From a virus, in IMG/VR virus record IMGVR_UViG_3300025645_004731, positions 26,616-90,615 of that record: a stretch of DNA of 64,000 nt; one strand, given 5' to 3'. Shown in pieces: positions 9,491-18,152 of this stretch. Positions within the stretch are counted from its first letter, which is position 1; the number at the start of each line of letters is the position of its first letter. The notes under the pieces were generated by a model. The model made no database searches. It had not been told where the DNA came from and saw nothing but the letters and a program-made list of their open reading frames with translations. The position numbers and the translations under genes were made by a program.

Positions 9491-9893
9491 ATTGTTCTCC
9501 TGTTTTCTCTAATCTATCGGCAACTCTGATCCCACGATATACTTCCATGTATGTATCGTATGCTTCTTTAAGTTCTGGATAATTTTCTTCTAGGTTTATA
9601 TTACGTGAAGGCAACATCAATGCTTCACGTAGTTCGTCAATTTCGGCCATAACATCTCGTTCGTTAACCGTTAAATCGCCAGTTACATGAGTATTTCTTA
9701 TGCTGTTGATTGATATGATGTCATCAGCACCTAATATATCGTGTGCTGCTTGAAGTGGTGTCGTGTTGAGCTGTACCGATCCGGGCAATAATTCTGTTGT
9801 TGATGCCCAAGTATTATCTATATTTATGGTGTCACCGTTGTAGGTAATAACGCCGATAGGCAAATCGTCATAGTTATTGCTATAATCATTCAT
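9474..9893 (-). CDS. Hypothetical protein
   Basis: ...RNINLEENYPELKEAYD.Y; operon-packed. Confidence 0.6.
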   Translation of the reverse strand: MNDYSNNYDDLPIGVITYNGDTINIDNTWASTTELLPGSVQLNTTPLQAAHDILGADDIISINSIRNTHVTGDLTVNERDVMAEIDELREALMLPSRNINLEENYPELKEAYDTYMEVYRGIRVADRLEKTGEQYGDES

Positions 9894-10662
9894 CTTCTTC
9901 TCTTTCAATATCATCTTCGTGTAGTTCCGCGCCCATCCATACCTCGATTACCTTGGCTGAATGATTGCCTACATTAGTAGCACGATGCCATGTACATACT
10001 GGAATATCTATACTTTCACCAGGTCCGTATGTCTTTGATAGTTTATCGCCATTTGGATAAATCAGATCCAGTCGCGCCAATCCAGAAACTATACACCAAT
10101 GTTCGCTGCGTATAAAGTGTCTCTGATTACTTAGTGATTTGCCAATATCAATACTAAGCTCCTTGACTTGCCATAACTCTTGGCTGTCAAGAATGGTATA
10201 ATTTCCCCAGTGTCTGGACACATTTGGCTTTTGCCATTCTTTAAGTATCCAACTACTACTATTCTTTTTATCTTCGCCGCCTACTCCAAACACAAATTCT
10301 ACGTCCTTGGAATCGCCGTACATATTATATTCGGGAGTATTGATGTTTGTTCTGTCACCACCATTAGCAAATACTACTTTAGTATTGTTGCCGTTGGTTG
10401 ATAATATTCGCATGATAGCACCACACGCACTGTTGTCACTGTCATTAAATCCAATAATACTATCTACACATGACAGTTCTTGTATAATAGCAGACCGTTC
10501 TTTGAACGTCATGAATGGTCGTCCCTTCTTTCGGGATAACCATTCATCACTATTCAGACCCACGACGAGTTCATCTCCTAGTCGTCTCGCTTCTTTGAAG
10601 TATGCAATATGACCACTATGTAACGGATCAAATCCGCCAGTGACTATTACAATTTTCTTCAT
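9886..10662 (-). CDS. Cytidylyl/adenylyltransferase fused to a cupin (mannose-6-phosphate isomerase type II-like)
   Basis: TGGFDPLHSGH, FANGGDR, KNSSS; C-terminal R.WG.Y...LS.QRH..RSEHW...WHR..N...EDDIER. Confidence 0.88.
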   Translation of the reverse strand: MKKIVIVTGGFDPLHSGHIAYFKEARRLGDELVVGLNSDEWLSRKKGRPFMTFKERSAIIQELSCVDSIIGFNDSDNSACGAIMRILSTNGNNTKVVFANGGDRTNINTPEYNMYGDSKDVEFVFGVGGEDKKNSSSWILKEWQKPNVSRHWGNYTILDSQELWQVKELSIDIGKSLSNQRHFIRSEHWCIVSGLARLDLIYPNGDKLSKTYGPGESIDIPVCTWHRATNVGNHSAKVIEVWMGAELHEDDIEREEDE

Positions 10663-10979
10663 TTCTTGCGTGAGCCGTTGTATACGCCAACGTGAATTTT
10701 CAATTTCTTCACGCTGCGATCTTCACTCATCTTCACTGCGATGTCATAGGTGATAGCAGTATCACGAATCATGCTAGTGATGTTGTAATCACTAACCAGA
10801 TTAGCATATTTTAGGTCACTAAGATAGGACCAAAACAACCGCTTTACGGTACGTTCACTGCCGTCGGTTGATGCTAGGACACCATCATACGGATCGATAA
10901 TCTTAATCAAGTCCCATTTGATGTCATTGATACTCACTCGTCCTTGACGAAGAGCGCGGATATTAGTTTGTTCAGCCAT
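10659..10979 (-). CDS. Hypothetical protein
   Basis: ORF with GGAG RBS. Confidence 0.65.
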   Translation of the reverse strand: MAEQTNIRALRQGRVSINDIKWDLIKIIDPYDGVLASTDGSERTVKRLFWSYLSDLKYANLVSDYNITSMIRDTAITYDIAVKMSEDRSVKKLKIHVGVYNGSRKK

Positions 10980-11035
10980 TGTTATGTAGCTCCATGTTTG
11001 TCTGATTATCAGACGTTACGATTGATTGTGTAGAT

Positions 11036-11212
11036 TTAGTCTTCTGATTCTACGATAGAGAGTCTTTTTTCCATGCGTTGCATAGTTTGTAGAATTTCCC
11101 ATAGTTTCCAGTCCATGGATTTCATCATTTCAAATCCTTGGCGTTTCATGTCATCTTCTGTCAATACGACAGATGTATCGACTTCTTCCAATACTCTAAT
11201 TTTCTTTACCAT
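11036..11212 (-). CDS. Small hypothetical protein (58 aa, not in ORF track)
   Basis: MVKKIRVLEE...MKSMDWKLWEILQ...ESED*. Confidence 0.6.
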   Translation of the reverse strand: MVKKIRVLEEVDTSVVLTEDDMKRQGFEMMKSMDWKLWEILQTMQRMEKRLSIVESED

Positions 11213-11355
11213 TTCTTATGTTTCCTATAATGTCTCGTGATTAATTTCATCTACGAGACTTGATTTTTGTTTAAGGCCATTAATGCTATGCTTGTACTTA
11301 TACAGCACTTTGTGCCCGGTGTCAGGCATAATATGCCCGTGTTTTGAAAGTTAGT

Positions 11356-11781
11356 TTACCCATTACTTTTCTCTGTGGCACACACTCGGTGGCGTAAATC
11401 ACTTGTACTAAATCTGTGATCACGTTTATTGAAGTGTAGATGAATACCGCGTTTGCGACACACATCTTTACCACTAAACTCTTTTTCCCGATACTCTTCA
11501 CCTAGAAAACGTATATCAATTTGAAATAGTTCTAGAATGTCGAGTAGATCGGCTTCTGTCTGATATGGAATAATCTCGTCAACAAATTTTAGTGCGTTCA
11601 GTTGAGCATAACGCTCAACCAAACTTTGTACGGGTTTATTCTTCTCAGCTTTTCTATCTATGGTTGGATCAGTCTGTAATCCAACTATAAGATAATCGCA
11701 ATGCTCTCTGGCTTCACGCAACATCATGACATGACCGGCGTGGAGTAAATCAAAGGCACTACAGGTGAAACCCACTTCCAT
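11356..11781 (-). CDS. Glycerol-3-phosphate cytidylyltransferase-like (TagD family)
   Basis: FDLLHAGH, VGLQTDP, KNKPVQSLVER, R.H.FSTS.LR. Confidence 0.88.
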   Translation of the reverse strand: MEVGFTCSAFDLLHAGHVMMLREAREHCDYLIVGLQTDPTIDRKAEKNKPVQSLVERYAQLNALKFVDEIIPYQTEADLLDILELFQIDIRFLGEEYREKEFSGKDVCRKRGIHLHFNKRDHRFSTSDLRHRVCATEKSNG

Positions 11782-11784
11782 GAG

Positions 11785-12507
11785 TTAGACCGCTTGAGCA
11801 GGGAAAATGTATTCGTATACAGCCATGCCGTTGTCTACATCAATTTGTAGAGCACCCATGTCACTGAATTTCATTTTCTTATCGCCATTGAGATTAAGTA
11901 CAGATTGTACTTCCGCAATAGGATACTTCCAGCTTTGCTTTAGTTCGCCACCAACGTCTGCTTGGAATACAAAGTTACCTGTGTGACCACTATCGTCACC
12001 AAAGTAGAACTTCAGATTGCCTGCTTCTGTTTTAGCAATAAAGACAGTTTCTTCATTGTTAGCTTGGCTTTGGAACTTAAACCGTGTTTTGCTGGCATCA
12101 TGTGGTTCGATTTCCACATTCCATGTCGCGCCTTTGAAACGTACTTCTGGAATACGCTGAGTGACCAGGTCACGCGGCATTAAGCGATAATCGTTTTTGA
12201 AGTCGCCCGCAGCATTTTCAAAATGCATACTGAATGGCAATTCTTCGCCGTTGCGTTCACGCTTTTCAATAGCGATGTTAGCGTTAGTAGCATACTCTGG
12301 AATATTCAGAATAATATTGAGTTTGTCAAGATTGGGAAGTCCCAATACGCCAGACAACTCACCAATGGCACTTTTATATGTTGCCTTTACGATGACTTTG
12401 TTATCGTCATCCTTTGCTTCGACAGTTGTGCCGTTTGTGACTTTAACTGCGTCAATATTTCCGACACCTCGTGTATGTTTAACGATGTCGAGTAGATATT
12501 CTCTCAT
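11785..12507 (-). CDS. DNA polymerase sliding clamp (gp45-like)
   Basis: 240 aa, next to the polymerase, C-terminal G.AVYEYIFPA; resembles jumbo-phage clamps from memory. Confidence 0.7.
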   Translation of the reverse strand: MREYLLDIVKHTRGVGNIDAVKVTNGTTVEAKDDDNKVIVKATYKSAIGELSGVLGLPNLDKLNIILNIPEYATNANIAIEKRERNGEELPFSMHFENAAGDFKNDYRLMPRDLVTQRIPEVRFKGATWNVEIEPHDASKTRFKFQSQANNEETVFIAKTEAGNLKFYFGDDSGHTGNFVFQADVGGELKQSWKYPIAEVQSVLNLNGDKKMKFSDMGALQIDVDNGMAVYEYIFPAQAV

Positions 12508-12740
12508 GTGATCTTCCTTTTGATAAATTTAATTATGTAACTGCCTTGAGTACGACTTAATCTATATTCTCGTACCTTGGCATTTGAATGTAACCATATT
12601 TCTATTTCTTGTTTAATCAGGCCTTGTCCGCAAATGATTTCACAAGATTTATACTTACTATAATAGCATGTATTCAGGAAGATGTCAACCTTTTTCCACG
12701 CATTATGTAAAGTTAAACCATGTAAATCGAGTTTTTGCAT
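12504..12740 (-). CDS. Stand-alone Smr domain protein
   Basis: KLDLHGLT...A...EIICGQG. Confidence 0.82.
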   Translation of the reverse strand: MQKLDLHGLTLHNAWKKVDIFLNTCYYSKYKSCEIICGQGLIKQEIEIWLHSNAKVREYRLSRTQGSYIIKFIKRKIT

Positions 12741-12741
12741 A

Positions 12742-15441
12742 TTAGTTACCAAAGTCAAACAAGCTGGCAAAAGTGGTTTTGTCTTCTGCCGCACCAAGAT
12801 CCCAATTCATAACTCCTAGTAAGTTTTCAATCTTCTTGGTGATAATACTTTCTTCCATCAGATCAGTGTCGAATGGAAGTTCTTTGAACCACGTGGGAAT
12901 TCTTGTCACATCAGTTGGAATACCGATACTCGTAAATCCCATTGGGTTTTGTTTTAGCTTACACACGATAGTTTTCATGCCATCAGTAATGTCCATGCTA
13001 TACATGTCATTGTTGATTTGCTTGAGTCTATTGTAGTTGATAGCTGCTCGGACATGTCCTGGCATATTTGCTTTGCCTTTATAGGACGATTTGCCACTCT
13101 TCTTATCCTTGTCCCATTCTAGGCTGCCGTAATGTGTTAGCTTATTAACACGCTTTGGGCTTCCCATAGACCAAGGGTCCATACTTCTGAACTCACTTCT
13201 GAATTCAATGATACGATCAATAATCTCACGCTCTTTGCTGCCTGTCAGTGTTTTAAGCAGTATTTCTCCGAGAAAGTCTTGCATATATGCTGGCGTATCA
13301 CTGCGTTTTAGGTCAAGACCCATGGCTTTTACTTTGCCTGGCTTGCCATCAGTATCGGTGCGATAACCTTCGATATCGTATGTGAGAATTGCGTACTTTT
13401 TCTTCTTAACAAAGATACCAGTGAGGGCGCAGATTTCTCTACCCGCGGCAATAATCTCTCCCTGTACAGGATCAAGCACATTGTGCGCTTCTGCCATGTA
13501 AGTTGGAAAAGTTACGTTTGCTTGTTCACATACTTCATCGTAAATCGCTGTAACAGAATCTTTGTCCCATACGATTTCTCCAGAGTCAATTTGTTCCTTG
13601 AAAGCGCCAAACCCACTAAAGTATACGGAGTCAGTATCGCCGTATATGATAGAATCACCCTTGTAATCGTATTTGCCAGTGAATAGTTCGTTGACCTTGG
13701 CAGACATATGACGAGCAATACAGCGACCCGTAAGAGTTGTACTTTGGCCCATGCGCGGATCATTAAATCTACTGCCTGGGTTAAGTAACGCACCATACAA
13801 ACTGTTCAAGTTAATCTTTTTAACAAGTTGTAGTTTATCCCAATACGCAAATTTATCTGCGTCAACACCCTGTAACTCTTTGGCTTGCTTTTGCATAACC
13901 TTGCGTTCAGCATACCATCGTTCTAACAATCCAGGAATAATGCCTTTTTTGTTTTGATTAACAATCGTGCCGTTGGCTGTTAATACCCATGGCTGGTCAC
14001 TATTGAAGATGATGTTATAGATTTCTTCTCCGTTAGCCATAAGTTCTTCGCCATTTTCGAAGTCAATCCACAAATCAATATGGGTATCTTTTTCTAACAC
14101 TAGTTCGTATTCTGGACAGGCAAACTTGCCATCCCACGCCTTTGCTGCTTCCCACTTAAAGTCATCTAACATAGGCACGGTTAATGTATGACGAATCTGT
14201 CCAACAATCGTTTCCGTGCTTAGATTTAGACTTCGCAGAATACTTGGATAAAGACTGTTCAAATCCATTGAGCCAATCCACTCATGTCTGCCTTTCTTGG
14301 GTGTAGCAACATATGCGCCAGCGGCAGATACAGGCTGTGGATAATACTTTTGTAATTTATCGTGCTGTTTGTCAGGAACAATCAATCCGCGACTATGCGC
14401 TTCATTAATAATCGCCTGATCAGTAACAGCAACCGCGCCCATTGTTGTCTGAATTAGCACCGTATTATCATGCGCAATAACATTCGCTAGATCGATAAAC
14501 TGTAACTTTGCGTCTAGTCTTACTAGAAGATCAACATCCTGGATAGAATAGTCGATAAACTTTTCAAAGTCTTCGTTGTACAGTTTATCAAGTGAGCCTT
14601 CATACTCTACCTTGCGTTCACCAAGTTCATATTCAGAGATAGCATCAAGACTATAGCTGTGCATCTCGTGATATGTGTACTTTTGATAAAGCAACATCAA
14701 GTCCATATGAAGCCGCCCGATTGTATCAAACGTCTCCTGCTCTTTGCCGAATTTCTCGAATGACCGTTTCTTTGGATACTTGCCCCATAGACAGAACTTT
14801 CGAGTATAATCTTTGCCTAGCACTCGGCCAATACGATTAACCATGTATGGAATATCAAAGCCTTCGCTGTTCCATCCGCTTAGTACATCGGCATCGTCAA
14901 TCAATTCCAGAAATAACTCCAGCATTTCTTCTTCGGTGTCTAGTAGTATAGCGTTTGGAAATCTTCCAGCGATTGTTAGGGCATCTTCTTTGCCAATGGT
15001 ATCAGGCTTGATCACTAGACAAATTGTTTTATCTAGCGAGGCAAGATTTATTGAAATTGCTGTTACTTTATTGAACGGATCTTCTGGAGGAGCAAAGCCT
15101 AGCGCCTTGTCATAGTCGACCTCAATATCGAAAAACGCAATGTTTAGTTTTGGTGTTGTTACGCCAAGATAGTTATCAGCCAGGCACCGAAATACTGGGT
15201 TAATATCACTCTCGAACAATTTCTTGTCTCTGCGCATTTTCTTTTCACGAGCAAAATTCTTGCTGCTGGTACATACAATCTGATCCAACTTATCGCCAAA
15301 AATACTTTCGTATTTCCCACGTGGGTCAGGATAATATAACAGATAACGAGCAGGATAGTCTTTGAAAACTCTCTTGCCGTTAACACGTTCTACCACGTGG
15401 ATAATGTCTTTGTCTTTATCGAGGATTGCATCTACATACAT
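12742..15441 (-). CDS. Family B DNA polymerase (gp43-like)
   Basis: Exonuclease FFDIE, GWNSEGFDIPY, YSIQD; polymerase DLNSLYPS, KINLNSLYG, YGDTDS; start taken at MYVDA (15441). Confidence 0.97.
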   Translation of the reverse strand: MYVDAILDKDKDIIHVVERVNGKRVFKDYPARYLLYYPDPRGKYESIFGDKLDQIVCTSSKNFAREKKMRRDKKLFESDINPVFRCLADNYLGVTTPKLNIAFFDIEVDYDKALGFAPPEDPFNKVTAISINLASLDKTICLVIKPDTIGKEDALTIAGRFPNAILLDTEEEMLELFLELIDDADVLSGWNSEGFDIPYMVNRIGRVLGKDYTRKFCLWGKYPKKRSFEKFGKEQETFDTIGRLHMDLMLLYQKYTYHEMHSYSLDAISEYELGERKVEYEGSLDKLYNEDFEKFIDYSIQDVDLLVRLDAKLQFIDLANVIAHDNTVLIQTTMGAVAVTDQAIINEAHSRGLIVPDKQHDKLQKYYPQPVSAAGAYVATPKKGRHEWIGSMDLNSLYPSILRSLNLSTETIVGQIRHTLTVPMLDDFKWEAAKAWDGKFACPEYELVLEKDTHIDLWIDFENGEELMANGEEIYNIIFNSDQPWVLTANGTIVNQNKKGIIPGLLERWYAERKVMQKQAKELQGVDADKFAYWDKLQLVKKINLNSLYGALLNPGSRFNDPRMGQSTTLTGRCIARHMSAKVNELFTGKYDYKGDSIIYGDTDSVYFSGFGAFKEQIDSGEIVWDKDSVTAIYDEVCEQANVTFPTYMAEAHNVLDPVQGEIIAAGREICALTGIFVKKKKYAILTYDIEGYRTDTDGKPGKVKAMGLDLKRSDTPAYMQDFLGEILLKTLTGSKEREIIDRIIEFRSEFRSMDPWSMGSPKRVNKLTHYGSLEWDKDKKSGKSSYKGKANMPGHVRAAINYNRLKQINNDMYSMDITDGMKTIVCKLKQNPMGFTSIGIPTDVTRIPTWFKELPFDTDLMEESIITKKIENLLGVMNWDLGAAEDKTTFASLFDFGN

Positions 15442-15442
15442 A

Positions 15443-16141
15443 TTAGCTAACAAACGCCCTTTCTTGTACAAACGTACCTTGTGTTTTCTTATTGCCTTCA
15501 TTAAATCCTAAGGCATTAAAGTGATCTCGTAGATCATTGTTAAATGATATACTTCCACATAACATTATACGCTGATTGACAGAATTGTCAATACTTATTG
15601 TGCCGTCTGTCATAAACTGCTGAATACGTCCGTGTAGTTCTGCTGGTTCTTGTGTTACAGTACTAACGTATTCAACGGGCATCTCATTTAAGAAATCCCT
15701 ATAACAATCCTGTTCAGCATGGAGCCTAGTTGTCCACGTAACAGTGACTTTTTCAAACAAGTCGTATACTTCTGGATCTCGCAGTAAACTAATAAATGGT
15801 GTGATACCAGTGCCGCTAGCCATCATTACCAAGTGTCCACCTAGTTCTAGATTAGCAAGTATAAGTGTGCCAGTTGGCTTTTCCCCTACACGGATAGTCT
15901 CTCCAACTTTGACATGTTGTAGTTTACTTGTGAGTGGACCGTCTTGTACTTTGATACTATAAAATTCCAAGTAGTCATCATATGGACCACTGGCAATACT
16001 GTATGCTCGGTTGGGCGCATCTTCTAGACCAATCATAACAAACTCCCCCGCAGTAAATCTATAACTGCGAGGTCGTTCTGTTCTAATTCGAAATAATTTG
16101 TCAGTGTAATGCTGGACCTCTATAACTTTTAAGTCTAGCAT
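15443..16141 (-). CDS. fpr: Ferredoxin/flavodoxin-NADP+ reductase
   Basis: RAYSIAS, LEFYSIKVQDGPLTS, GTGITPF, MLCGS, ERAFV. Confidence 0.92.
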   Translation of the reverse strand: MLDLKVIEVQHYTDKLFRIRTERPRSYRFTAGEFVMIGLEDAPNRAYSIASGPYDDYLEFYSIKVQDGPLTSKLQHVKVGETIRVGEKPTGTLILANLELGGHLVMMASGTGITPFISLLRDPEVYDLFEKVTVTWTTRLHAEQDCYRDFLNEMPVEYVSTVTQEPAELHGRIQQFMTDGTISIDNSVNQRIMLCGSISFNNDLRDHFNALGFNEGNKKTQGTFVQERAFVS

Positions 16142-16399
16142 TCAATGATCTTTGCCAATCGCAGCAAGCACACTCTCAACTTCGTCAAAGCCCTCTTGTA
16201 CTTTGGCAAATTCGTTTTTATAAGCAATACGGATGGCCTTGTTAATCGTTGCAGGCTTCATATCAAGTTCTTCGGCAATTGCCTTTACTGTGTCAGATAA
16301 GCCGCCTTTGAGTGTTTCTAGCTCACCAGTGATTGAAATTCCTTCATTGATGATTTGCTTTAATTTTGTGATTTCGCTGTCGCTGAATCCTCGTGACAT
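16142..16399 (-). CDS. Small dsDNA-binding protein (DsbA/GapR-like)
   Basis: L..TVKAIAEELDMKPA.INKAIRIAYK helical pattern. Confidence 0.6.
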   Translation of the reverse strand: MSRGFSDSEITKLKQIINEGISITGELETLKGGLSDTVKAIAEELDMKPATINKAIRIAYKNEFAKVQEGFDEVESVLAAIGKDH

Positions 16400-16434
16400 A
16401 TTGTGTAACTCCTATTTGTGTTAATGATACATTC

Positions 16435-16463
16435 ATACTACATTAGTTTAGTTAGTTTGTCAA
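16435..16463 (-). promoter_or_regulatory. Sigma70-like promoter of the replication operon
   Basis: TTGACA-N17-TAGTAT. Confidence 0.55.
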
Positions 16464-16471
16464 GATAAAAA

Positions 16472-17332
16472 TTAAGAAATCCCCATTTTAGCTAATGTAG
16501 CGGGTCCAACAATACCGTCAGCAATCAGTCCATTTTCAGCCTGCCAATGCTTCACAGCTCGTTCAGTACCAGGACCAAAATCACCATCAGCATCCAGACC
16601 TAGAACTTCTTGCATCTTCTTGACGAGACTGCCTTTACTGCCTTTTTTAAGAAGAGTGGTGCCACTTGGAGCAGAATGCCTTGCTGTTCCTGCTGGCTTC
16701 TTTCCAGTGAACAATTCCATAGCGTGTTCCCAGTGTTCCACACGATCTTCCAGTCCGATAGTTCCGCCATTCACTCTTTTGGAAAGCCTGACAATATCGT
16801 TTCTATCGCAGTATTTGTTTAGGTCGTTAGTTTTCCAAAACCAACATGCACTTTCTAGGGCGCCTTCTGGGGTGCGAACATAATCAGTTGCCTGTTCTGC
16901 TCTCATCCTAACAGACTGGCCGAATTGAGTATAATTGTATCTGCCTGTAAGTTGTAGAATACCACCGCCGCGGAATCTCCAACCATCTCCGGAATCGGTA
17001 TCGCCATTGTCCATTCTGCCTGCGTAAATAACATTAGCAATTTTTTCAGGCTGTCTATGATAATCATTAGCATCTCTGCCTGCTCTGGCAAAGTATTTTG
17101 AAAATAAGCTATTAAGCGCCTTAGCACTATAGTTTAGATTTTCAGTCAATACTCGGTAACCATTAGATTCGTGACCAGTCTGAGCAATAAACCCTGCTAC
17201 TCTTTCTGGTGTATTAATATCGTATTTTGGAAGAATTTCTACCATGGCATTATGCCATTCGATAGCCATATCTTTCTTCATGTCCAGAATTTCTGATACC
17301 TGTCTTGCCTTAAATTCAAATGTAAAACTCAT
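16472..17332 (-). CDS. GH19 endolysin with C-terminal peptidoglycan-binding domain
   Basis: FIAQTGHES, ENLNYS, DGWRFRGGG.LQLTGR.NY, NGG.IGLEDR; DGDFGPGTE...DGIVGPAT. Confidence 0.93.
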   Translation of the reverse strand: MSFTFEFKARQVSEILDMKKDMAIEWHNAMVEILPKYDINTPERVAGFIAQTGHESNGYRVLTENLNYSAKALNSLFSKYFARAGRDANDYHRQPEKIANVIYAGRMDNGDTDSGDGWRFRGGGILQLTGRYNYTQFGQSVRMRAEQATDYVRTPEGALESACWFWKTNDLNKYCDRNDIVRLSKRVNGGTIGLEDRVEHWEHAMELFTGKKPAGTARHSAPSGTTLLKKGSKGSLVKKMQEVLGLDADGDFGPGTERAVKHWQAENGLIADGIVGPATLAKMGIS

Positions 17333-17373
17333 TTTATACTATTCCTTATGTTAGTTGATGTTATTTATTGTGT

Positions 17374-17976
17374 TTATTTGACGAATGCGCCAATTCTGCC
17401 GTGTATGTCAGGATAATCCCTGTAAGTGTATCCGTCTGGTGGAGTAGTATCATCACCTTCCCATACTGGAATAAAATGATTAATACCGCCGATAAAATCC
17501 ATGTTAGGGCGAAAGTGTATCTCTACTAGTTTATCTACTATATATTCGCAGTTAACCCATGGATAACGACTAGTTGCTACTATATCTAGTAGTATTTTGG
17601 GAAGAGGTATACTATGCTGTATTCTTCGCCATTCGTCCCATTTGACAAAGGTATCGGTAGTTTTAATACCTTGAACACATAATCGCTGTATACTCAGATT
17701 ATAATCTACGCTATAATGTTCGCCTTCGAATACTTCACATCAAAAATGCCCAGTTGGCAAATGGTCGGTATTGTCTTCGATATAGATTTTCTGTGTGTCT
17801 AATCCTAATCCTAATCCAAGAGCATTGATACATGGTCGAACAATATAATAATCAGGAGCAGGCACAGATGTACCAACTGGTCCACAAATATATCCCATTT
17901 TACGACTGACAATAAGTTTATCCATTGCCCAAATATCATCAGGGTGTATAGATTTCCATACTTGTTCTTCAGTCAT
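17374..17976 (-). pseudogene. Conserved phage protein (ATP-grasp-like) interrupted by an in-frame TGA at 17740-17742
   Basis: Frame continues past the stop: GHF*CEVFEGEHYSVDY...WVNCEY...EIHFR...RIGAFVK*; the stop sits where F-W-C-E is expected. Confidence 0.7.
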
Positions 17977-18140
17977 TAAAGGCCCTGTTCGCAGCCACTA
18001 TCTTGCCACACCCAAGTATCATCATTGGTACTGTTACAATGTTCACATTTACAGTTAACGCATACATCATTACTACATTTGCTACATTCACTGTCACAAT
18101 GACAGTCACATTTACAATTTTCACATTTACAGTTTGTCAT
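17976..18140 (-). CDS. Metallothionein-like Cys-rich protein (54 aa, 13 Cys; not in ORF track)
   Basis: MTNCKCENCKCDCHCDSECSKCSNDVCVNCKCEHCNSTNDDTWVWQDSGCEQGL*; AAGGA RBS; TAATG coupling to the next gene. Confidence 0.75.
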   Translation of the reverse strand: MTNCKCENCKCDCHCDSECSKCSNDVCVNCKCEHCNSTNDDTWVWQDSGCEQGL

Positions 18141-18152
18141 ATTATGTCCTTT

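Noticed and set aside
12742-15441. Intein or intron in the DNA polymerase (also checked ligase, ClpA and helicase)
   Set aside because: Lengths and motif spacing are normal; no C-terminal HN/S-type splice motifs or frame breaks were seen.
1-17332. Bacterial chromosome or prophage origin suggested by metK, pepA, fpr, clpA and dnaJ
   Set aside because: These genes are interleaved with a gp43-like polymerase, clamp, endolysin, T4-type late promoters and dense phage hypotheticals; no integrase, att site or host operon context was seen.
17740-17742. Genome-wide TGA=Trp recoding (genetic code 4)
   Set aside because: Many genes end in TGA with ATGA overlaps, and conserved Trp residues elsewhere use TGG.
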